DNA from: Eledone cirrhosa
Lineage: Eukaryota
Assembly (NCBI GenBank): GCA_964016885.1
Contig: OZ024743.1
Coordinates: 141,546,001-141,610,000 of the forward strand
DNA: 64,000 bases
Reading direction: 5' to 3'
The translations under genes and the position numbers were made by a program. Positions 24,101-33,530 of this stretch are shown here, one piece after another; the stretch's first letter is position 1; every line of letters starts with the position of its first letter. The notes beneath the pieces were generated by a model. That model was not told where the DNA came from. It made no database searches and was given only the letters and a program-made list of their open reading frames with translations.

Positions 24101-26091
24101 TGTTTGGTGCTTGGTGCCTGGTGCTTGGTGTTTGGTGTTTGGTGCTTGGTGTTTGGTGCTTGTTGTTTGGTGCTTGGTGTTCGGTGCTTGGTGCTTGGTG
24201 CTTGGTGCTTGGTGTTTGGTGTTGTGTGCTTGGTGCTTGGTGTTTGGCGTTTGCTGTTTGCTGTTTGGTGGTTGGTGTTTGCTGTTTGGTGTTTGCTGTT
24301 TGGTGTTTGGTGTTTGGTGCTTGCTGTTTGGTGCTTGGTGCTTGGTGTTTGGTGTTTGGTGCTTGGTGTTTGGTGCTTGGTGCTTGGTGCTGGGTGTTTG
24401 GTGCTTGGTGCTTGGTGTTTGGTGCTTGGTGCTTGGTGCTTGGTGTTTGGTCCTTGGTGCTTGGTCTTTGGTGCTTGGGTTTTGGTGTTTGGTGCTTGGT
24501 ACTTGGTGTTTGGTGCTTGGTGCTTGGTGCTTGGTGTTTGGTGATTGCTGCTTGGTGCTTGGTGTTTGGTGCTTGGTGCTTTGTGATTAGTGTTTGGTGA
24601 TTGGTGCTTGGGGTTTGGTGTTTGGGGCTTGGTGTTTGGTGCTTGGTGCTTGCTGTTTGGTGTTTGGTGTTTGGTTCTTGGTGCTTGGTGTTTGGTATTT
24701 GGTGTTTGGTGCTTGGTGCTTGGTGCTTGGTGTTTGGTGCTTGGTGCTTGGTGCTTGGTGTTTGGTGCTGCGTGCTTGGTGTTTGGTGTTTGGTGCTTGG
24801 TGCCTGGGGATTGTTGTTTGGTGTTTGGTGCTTAGTGCTTGGTGGCTGGTGCTTGGTGCTTGGTGTTTGGAGTTTGGTGCTTGGTGCTTGGTGTCTGGTG
24901 TTTCGTGCTTGGTGCTTGGTGCTTGGTGTTTGGTGTTTGGTGCTTGGTGTTTGGTGCTTGGTGTTTGGTGCTTGGTTCTTGGTGCTTGGTGTTAGGTGTT
25001 TGGTGCTTGGTGCTTGGTGTTTGATGTTTGGTCCTTGGTGCTTGTTGTTTGGTGTTTGGTGCTTGGTGCTTGGTGTTTGGTGTTTGGTGCTTGGTGCTTG
25101 GTGTTTGATGTTTGGTCCTTGGTGCTTGGTGTTTGGTGTTGTGTGCTTGGTGCTTGGTGCTTGGTGTTTGGTGCTTGGTGCTTGGTGCTTGGTGTTTGGC
25201 GTTTGCTGTTTGCTGTTTGGTGGTTGGTGTTTGCTGTTTGGTGTTTGCTGTTTGGTGTTTGGTGTTTGGTGCTTGCTGTTTGGTGCTTGGTGCTTGGTGT
25301 TTGGTGTTTGGTGCTTGGTGTTTGGTGCTTGGTGCTTGGTGCTGGGTGTTTGGTGCTTGGTGCTTGGTGTTTGGTGCTTGGTGCTTGGTGCTTGGTGTTT
25401 GGTCCTTGGTGCTTGGTGCTTGAACTTTGGTGCTTGGGTTTTGGTGTTTGGTGCTTGGTGCTTGGTGTTTGGTGCTTGGTGCTTGGTGCTTGGTGTTTGG
25501 TGCTTGCTGCTTGGTGCTTGGTGTTTGGTGCTTGGTGCTTGGTGATTAGTGTTTGGTGATTGGTGCTTGGGGTTTGGTGTTTGGGGCTTGGTGTTTGGTG
25601 CTTGGTGCTTGCTGTTTGGTGTTTGGTGTTTGGTTCTTGGTGCTTGGTGTTTGGTATTTGGTGTTTGGTGCTTGGTGCTTGGTGATTAGTGTTTGGTGCT
25701 TGGTGCTTGGTGCTTGGTGTTTGGTGCTTGGTGCTTTGTGTTTGGTGCTTGGTGTTTGGTGCTTGGTGCTTGGTGCTTGGTGCTTGGTGTTAGGTGTTTG
25801 GTGCTTGGTGATTGGTGTTTGATGTTAGGTTCTTGGTGCTTGGTGTTTGGTGTTTGGTGCTTGGTGCTTGGTGTTTGGTGTTTGGTGCTTGCTGCTAGGT
25901 GCTTGGTGTTTTGTGTTTGGAGTTTGGTGCTTGGTGTTTGGTGCTTGGTGCTTGGTGTTTGGTGTTTGGTGCCTGGTGCTTGGTGTTTGGTGCTTGGTGT
26001 TTGGTGTTTGGTGATTGGTGCTTGGTGTTTGGTGCTTGGTGCATGGTGCTTGGTGCTTGGTGTTAGGCGTTTGGTGCTTGGTGCTTGGTGT

Positions 26092-26329
26092 TTGATGTTT
26101 GGTCCTTGGTGCTTGGTGTTTGGTATTTGGTGCTTGGTGCTTGGTGTTTGGTGTTTGGTGCTTGCTGCTTGCTGCTTGGTGTTTGGTGCTAGGGGCTTGG
26201 TGCTTGGTGTTTGATGTTTGGTCCTTGGTGCTTGGTGTTTGGTATTTGGTGCTTGGTGCTTGGTGTTTGGTGTTTGGTGCTTGCTGCTTGCTGCTTGGTG
26301 TTTGGTGCTAGGGGCTTGGTGTTTGGTGC
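26092..26329 (+). repeat. 119-bp (17-monomer) tandem duplication; also at 28584, 36198 and 59469
   Basis: The string TTGATGT-TTGGTCC...TTGGTAT...TTGCTGC-TTGCTGC...TAGGGGC starts at 26092 and again at 26211. The same doublet is seen at 28584/28703, 36198/36317 and 59469/59588. Confidence 0.9.
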
Positions 26330-29300
26330 TTGCTGTTTGGTGCTTGGTGTTTGGTGCTTGGTGCCTGGTGCTTGGTGTTTGGTGTTTGGTGCTTGGTGTT
26401 TGGTGCTTGGTGTTTGGTACTTGGTGTTCGGTGCTTGGTGCTTGGTGCTTGGTGTTTGGTGTTTGGTGCTTGGTGCTTGGTGCTTGGTGTTTGATGTTTG
26501 GTCCTTGGTGCTTGGTGTTTGGTGTTGTGTGCTTGGTGCTTGGTGCTTGGTGTTTGGTGCTTGGTGCTTGGTGCTTGGTGTTTGGCGTTTGCTGTTTGCT
26601 GTTTGGTGTTTGGTGTTTGCTGTTTGGTGTTTGCTGTTTGGTGTTTGTTGTTTGGTGTTTGGCGCTTGGTGCTTGGTGTTTGGTGTTTGGTGCATGGTGC
26701 TTGGTGCTTGGTATCTGGTGTTTGGTGCTTGATGTTTGGTGTTTGGTGCTTGGTGTTTGGTGCTTGGTGCTTGGTGCTTGGTGTTTGGTCCTTGGTGCTT
26801 GGTGCTTGGTGTTTGGTGCTTGGGTTTTGGTGTTTGGTGCTTGGTGCTTGGTGTTTGGTGCTTGGTGCTTGGTGCTTGGTGCTTGGTGTTTGGTGCTTGC
26901 TGCTTGGTGCTTGGTGTTTGGTGCTTGGTGCTTGGTGATTAGTGTTTGGTGATTGGTGCTTGGGGTTTGGTGTTTGGGGCTTGGTGTTTGGTGCTTGGTG
27001 CTTGCTGTTTGGTGCTTGGTGTTTGGTTCTTGGTGCTTGGTGTTTGGTGTTTGGTGTTTGGTGCTTGGTGCTTGGTGCTTGGTGTTTGGTGCTTGGTGCT
27101 TGGTGCTTGGTGTTTGGTGCTGCGTGCTTGGTGTTTGGTGTTTGGTGCTTGGTGCCTGGGGCTTGTTGTTTGGTGTTTGGTGCTTAGTGCTTGGTGTTTG
27201 GTGTTTGGTGCTTGGTGCTTGGTGGCTGGTGCTTGGTGCTTGGTGTTTGGAGTTTGGTGCTTGGTGCTTGGTGTCTGGTGTTTCGTGCTTGGTGCTTGGT
27301 GCTTGGTGTTTGGTGTTTGGTGCTTGGTGTTTGGTGCTTGGTGTTTGGTGCTTGGTTCTTGGTGCTTGGTGTTAGGTGTTTGGTGCTTGGTGCTTGGTGT
27401 TTGATGTTTGGTCCTTGGTGCTTGTTGTTTGGTGTTTGGTGCTTCGTGCTTGGTGTTTGGTGTTTGGTGCTTGCTGCTTGCTGCTTGGTGTTTGGTGCTT
27501 GGTGATTGGTGCTTGGTGTTTTATGCTTGGTGCTTGGTGTTTGGTGTTTGGTGCTAGGGACTTGGTGCTTGATGCTTGATGTTTGGTGCTTGGTGCTTGC
27601 TGTTTGGTGTTTGGTGCTTGGTGCGTGGGACTTAGTGTTTGGTGTTTGGTGCTTGGTGTTTTGTGCTTGGTGTTTGGTGCTTGGTGCTTGGTGTTTGGTG
27701 TTTGGTGCTTGGTGATTGGGGCTTGGTGTTTGGTGCTTAGTGTTTGGTGCTTGGTGTTTGGTGCTTGGTGCTTGGTGCTTGGTGTTTGGTGTATGGTGTT
27801 TGGTGCTTGTTGTTTGGTGCTTGGTGCTTGGTGATTAGTGTTTGGTGCTTGGTGCTTGCGGTTTGGTGTTTGGTGCTTGGGGTTTGGTGTTTGGTGCTTG
27901 GTGCTTGGTGCTTGGTCTTTGGTGCTTGGTGTTTGGTGTTTGGTGCTTGGTGCTTGGTGTTTGGCGCTTGGTGCTTGGTGCTTGGTGTTTGGTGCTTGGT
28001 GCTTGGTGCTTGGTGACTAGTGTTTGGTGCTTGGTGCTTGGTGCCTGGTGCTTGGTGCTTGGTGCTTGTTGTTTGGTGCTTGGTGCTTGGTGATTAGTGT
28101 TTGGTGCTTGGTGCTTGGGGTTTGGTGTTTGGTGCTTGGGGTTTGGTGTTTGGTGCTTGGTGCATGGTGTTTGGTGCTTGGTGCTTGGTGTTTGGTGCTT
28201 GGTGCTTTGTGTTTGGTGCTTGGTGTTTGGTGCTTGGTGCTTGGTGCTTGGTGCTTGGTGTTAGGTGTTTGGTGCTTGGTGATTGGTGTTTGATGTTAGG
28301 TTCTTGGTGCTTGGTGTTTGGTGTTTGGTGCTTGGTGCTTGGTGTTTGGTGTTTGGTGCTTGCTGCTTGGTGCTTGGTGTTTTGTGTTTGGAGTTTGGTG
28401 CTTGGTGTTTGGTGCTTGGTGCTTGGTGATTGGTGTTTGGTGCCTGGTGCTTGGTGTTTGGTGCTTGGTGTTTGGTGTTTGGTGTTTGGTGCCTGGTGCT
28501 TGGTGATTGTTGCTTGGTGTTTGGTGCTTGGTGCATGGTGCTTGGTGCTTGGTGTTAGGCGTTTGGTGCTTGGTGCTTGGTGTTTGATGTTTGGTCCTTG
28601 GTGCTTGGTGTTTGGTATTTGGTGCTTGGTGCTTGGTGTTTGGTGTTTGGTGCTTGCTGCTTGCTGCTTGGTGTTTGGTGCTAGGGGCTTGGTGCTTGGT
28701 GTTTGATGTTTGGTCCTTGGTGCTTGGTGTTTGGTATTTGGTGCTTGGTGCTTGGTGTTTGGTGTTTGGTGCTTGCTGCTTGCTGCTTGGTGTTTGGTGC
28801 TAGGGGCTTGGTGTTTGGTGCTTGGTGTTTGGTGCTTGGTGTTTGGTGCTTGGTGCCTGGTGCTTGGTGTTTGGTGTTTGGTGCTTGGTGTTTGGTGCTT
28901 GGTGTTTGGTACTTGGTGTTCGGTGCTTGGTGCTTGGTGCTTGGTGTTTGGTGTTTGGTGCTTGGTGCTTGGTGCTTGGTGTTTGATGTTTGGTCCTTGG
29001 TGCTTGGTGTTTGGTGTTGTGTGCTTGGTGCTTGGTGCTTGGTGTTTGGTGCTTGGTGCTTGGTGCTTGGTGTTTGGCGTTTGCTGTTTGCTGTTTGGTG
29101 TTTGGTGTTTGCTGTTTGGTGTTTGCTGTTTGGTGTTTGGTGTTTGGTGCTTGCTGTTTGGTGCTTGGTGCTTGGTGTTTGGTGTTTGGTGCTTGGTGTT
29201 TGGTGCTTGGTGCTTGGTGCTGGGTGTTTGGTGCTTGGTGCTTGGTGTTTGGTGTTTGGTCCTTGGTGCTTGGTGCTTGGTGTTTCGTGCTTGGGTTTTG

Positions 29301-29404
29301 GTGTTTGGTGCTTGGTGCTTGGTGTTTGGTGCTTGGTGCTTGGTGCTTGGTGCTTGGTGTTTGGTGCTTGCTGCTTGGTGCTTGGTGTTTGGTGCTTGGT
29401 GCTT

Positions 29405-32400
29405 GGTGATTAGTGTTTGGTGATTGGTGCTTGGGGTTTGGTGTTTGGGGCTTGGTGTTTGGTGCTTGGTGCTTGCTGTTTGGTGTTTGGTGTTTGGTTC
29501 TTGGTGCTTGGTGTTTGGTGTTTGGTGTTTGGTGCTTGGTGCTTGGTGCTTGGTGTTTGGTGCTTGGTGCTTGGTGCTTGGTGTTTGGTGCTGCGGGCTT
29601 GGTGTTTGGTGTTTGGTGCTTGGTGCCTGGTGCTTGTTGTTTGGTGTTTGGTGCTTAGTGCTTGGTGTTTGGTGTTTGGTGCTTGGTGCTTGGTGGCTGG
29701 TGTTTGGTGCTTGGTGTTTGGAGTTCGGTGCTTGGTGCTTGGTGCCTGGTGTTTCGTGCTTGGTGCTTGGTGCTTGGTGTTTGGTGTTTGGTGCTTGGTG
29801 TTTGGTGTTTGGTACTTGGTGCTTGGTGCTTGGTGCTTGGTGTTTGGTGCTTGGTGTTTGATGCTGCGTGCTTGGTGTTTGGTGTTTGGTGCTTGGTGCT
29901 TGGTGTTTGGTGTTTGGAGCTTGGTGCCTGGTGCTTGTTGTTTGGTGTTTGGCGATTGGTGCTTGGTGTTTGGTGTTTGGTGCATGGTGCTTGGTGCTTG
30001 GTATCTGGTGTTTGGTGCTTGATGTTTGGTGTTTGGTGCTTGGTGTTTGGTGTTTGGTGCTTGGTGCTTGGTGTTTGGTGCTTGGTGTTTGGTGTTTGGT
30101 GTTTGATGCTTGGTGTTTGCTGCTTGGTGCTTGGTGCTTGGTGTTTTGTGTTTGGTGTTTGATGCTGCGTGCTTGGTGTTTGGTGTTTGGTGCGTGGTGC
30201 TTGGTGTTTGGTGTTTGGAGCTTGGTGCCTGGTGCTTGATGTTTGGTGTTTGGTGCTTGGTGTTTGGTGTTTGGTGCTTGGTGCTTGGTGTTTGGTGCTT
30301 GGTGTTTGGTGTTTGGTGATTGATGCTTGGTGTTTGCTGCTTGCTGCTTGCTGCTTGGTGTTTGGTGCTAGGGGCTTGGTGGTTGGTGCTTGGTGTTTGG
30401 TGCTTGGTGCTTGGTGCCTGGTGCTTGGTGCTTGGTGCTTGTTGTTTGGTGCTTGGTGCTTGGTGATTAGTGTTTGGTGCTTGGTGCTTGCGGTTTGGTG
30501 TTTGGTGCTTGGGGTTTGGTGTTTGGTGCTTGGTGCTTGGTGTTTGGTGCTTGGTGCTTGGTGCTCTGTGTTTGGTGCTTGGTGTTTGGTGCTTGGTGCT
30601 TGGTGTTTGGTGTTTGGCGTTTGCTGTTTGCTGTTTGGTGTTTGGTGTTTGCTGTTTGGTGTTTGCTGTTTGGTTTTTGGTGTTTGGTGCTTGCTGTTTG
30701 GTGCTTGGTGCTTGGTGTTTGGTGTTCGGTGCTTGGTGCTTGGTGCTTGGTGTTTGGTGCTTGGTGCTTGGTGCTGGGTGTTTGGTGCTTGGTGCTTGGT
30801 GTTTGGTGCTTGGTGCTTGGTGCTTGGTGTTTGGTGCTTGGTGCATGGTGCTTGGTCTTTGGTGCTTGGTTTGTGGTGTTTGGTGCTTGGTGCTTGGTGT
30901 TTGGTGCTTGGTTCTTGGTGCTTGGTGCTTGGTGTTTGGTGATTGCTGCTTGGTGCTTGGTGTTTGGTGCTTGGTGCTTGGTGATTAGTGTTTGGTGATT
31001 GGTGCTTGGGGTTTGCTGTTTGGTGCTTGGTGTTTGGTGCTTGGTGCTTGCTGTTTGGTGTTTGGTGTTTGGTTCTTGGTGCTTGGTGTTTGGTGTTTGG
31101 TGTTTGGTGCTTGGTGCTTGGTGCTTGGTGTTTGGTGCTTGTTGCTTGGTGCTTGGTGTTTGGTGCTGCGTGCTTGGTGTTTGGTGTTTGGTGCTTGGTG
31201 CCTGGTGCTTGTTGTTTGGTGCTTAGTGCTTGGTGTTTGGTGTTTGGTGCTTGGTGCTTGGTGGCTGGTGCTTGGTGCTTGGTGTTTGGAGTTTGGTGCT
31301 TGGTGCTCGGTGCCTGGTGTTTCGTGCTTGGTGCTTGGTGCTTGGTGTTTGGTGTTTGGTGCTTGGTGTTTGGTGTTTGGTACTTGGTGCTTGGTGCTTG
31401 GTGTTTGGTGCTTGGTGTTTGATGCTGCGTGCTTGGTGTTTGGTGTTTGGTGCTTGGTGCTTGGTGTTTGGTGTTTGGAGCTTGGTGCCTGCTGCTTGTT
31501 GTTTGGTGTTTGGTGCTTGGTGCTTGGTGCTTGGTATCTGGTGTTTGGTGCTTGATGTTTGGTGTTTGGTGCTTGGTGCTTGGTGTTTGGTGCTTGGTGC
31601 TTGGTGATTAGTGTTTGGTGATTGGTGCTTGGGGTTTGGTGTTTGGGGCTTGGTGTTTGGTGCTTGGTGCTTGCTGTTTGGTGTTTGGTGTTTGGTTCTT
31701 GGTGCTTGGTGTTTGGTGTTTGGTGCTTGGTGTTTGGTGTTTGGTACTTGGTGCTTGGTGCTTGGTGCTTGGTGTTTGGTGCTTGGTGTTTGATGCTGCG
31801 TGCTTGGTGTTTGGTGTTTGGTGCTTGGTGCTTGGTGTTTGGTGTTTGGAGCTTGGTGCCTGGTGCTTGTTGTTTGGTGTTTGGCGCTTGGTGCTTGGTG
31901 TTTGGTGTTTGGTGCATGGTGCTTGGTGCTTGGTATCTGGTGTTTGGTGCTTGATGTTTGGTGTTTGGTGCTTGGTGTTTGGTGTTTGGTGCTTGGTGCT
32001 TGGTGTTTGGTGCTTGGTGTTTGGTGTTTGGTGTTTGATGCTTGGTGTTTGCTGCTTGGTGCTTGGTGCTTGGTGTTTTGTGTTTGGTGTTTGATGCTGC
32101 GTGCTTGGTGTTTGGTGTTTGGTGCGTGGTGCTTGGTGTTTGGTGTTTGGAGCTTGGTGCCTGGTGCTTGATGTTTGGTGTTTGGTGCTTGGTGTTTGGT
32201 GTTTGGTGCTTGGTGCTTGGTGTTTGGTGCTTGGTGTTTGGTGTTTGGTGATTGATGCTTGGTGTTTGCTGCTTGCTGCTTGCTGCTTGGTGTTTGGTGC
32301 TAGGGGCTTGGTGCTTGGTGCTTGGTGTTTGGTGCTTGGTGCTTGGTGCCTGGTGCTTGGTGCTTGGTGCTTGTTGTTTGGTGCTTGGTGCTTGGTGATT

Positions 32401-33530
32401 AGTGTTTGGTGCTTGGTGCTTGCGGTTTGGTGTTTGGTGCTTGGGGTTTGGTGTTTGGTGCTTGGTGCTTGGTGTTTGGTGCTTGGTGCTTGGTGCTTGG
32501 TGTTTGGTGCTTGGTGTTTGGTGCTTGGTGCTTGGTGTTTGGTGTTTGGCGTTTGCTGTTTGCTGTTTGGTGTTTGGTGTTTGCTGTTTGGTGTTTGCTG
32601 TTTGGTTTTTGGTGTTTGGTGCTTGCTGTTTGGTGCTTGGTGCTTGGTGTTTGGTGTTCGGTGCTTGGTGCTTGGTGCTTGGTGTTTGGTGCTTGGTGCT
32701 TGGTGCTGGGTGTTTGGTGCTTGGTGCTTGGTGTTTGGTGCTTGGTGCTTGGTGCTTGGTGTTTGGTGCTTGGTGCATGGTGCTTGGTCTTTGGTGCTTG
32801 GTTTGTGGTGTTTGGTGCTTGGTGCTTGGTGTTTGGTGCTTGGTTCTTGGTGCTTGGTGCTTGGTGTTTGGTGATTGCTGCTTGGTGCTTGGTGTTTGGT
32901 GCTTGGTGCTTGGTGATTAGTGTTTGGTGATTGGTGCTTGGGGTTTGCTGTTTGGTGCTTGGTGTTTGGTGCTTGGTGCTTGCTGTTTGGTGTTTGGTGT
33001 TTGGTTCTTGGTGCTTGGTGTTTGGTGTTTGGTGTTTGGTGCTTGGTGCTTGGTGCTTGGTGTTTGGTGCTTGTTGCTTGGTGCTTGGTGTTTGGTGCTG
33101 CGTGCTTGGTGTTTGGTGTTTGGTGCTTGGTGCCTGGTGCTTGTTGTTTGGTGCTTAGTGCTTGGTGTTTGGTGTTTGGTGCTTGGTGCTTGGTGGCTGG
33201 TGCTTGGTGCTTGGTGTTTGGAGTTTGGTGCTTGGTGCTCGGTGCCTGGTGTTTCGTGCTTGGTGCTTGGTGCTTGGTGTTTGGTGTTTGGTGCTTGGTG
33301 TTTGGTGTTTGGTACTTGGTGCTTGGTGCTTGGTGTTTGGTGCTTGGTGTTTGATGCTGCGTGCTTGGTGTTTGGTGTTTGGTGCTTGGTGCTTGGTGTT
33401 TGGTGTTTGGAGCTTGGTGCCTGCTGCTTGTTGTTTGGTGTTTGGTGCTTGGTGCTTGGTGCTTGGTATCTGGTGTTTGGTGCTTGATGTTTGGTGTTTG
33501 GTGCTTGGTGCTTGGTGCTTGGTGTTTGGT
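29405..33530 (+). repeat. Tandem duplication of a ~2.2-kb unit, with a 266-bp deletion in the second copy
   Basis: Offset 2198 for 29413/31611, then 1932 for 29868/31800, 30110/32042 and 30988/32920. Shared variants TTGGTTT-GTGGTGT and TCGGTGC-CTGGTGT. Confidence 0.9.

Larger units (their letters stand above)
12155..25080 (+). repeat. Dispersed ~4-kb direct duplication (about 12155-16210 and 21108-25080)
   Basis: Matching translations at offsets 8953 (12701/21654, 13184/22137), 8904 (14444/23348), 8897 (15693/24590) and 8869 (16127/24996), all multiples of 7. Shared rare variants TTGGTCA-TTAGTGT, TTGGGGC-CTGGTGT and TTGGATT. Confidence 0.9.
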
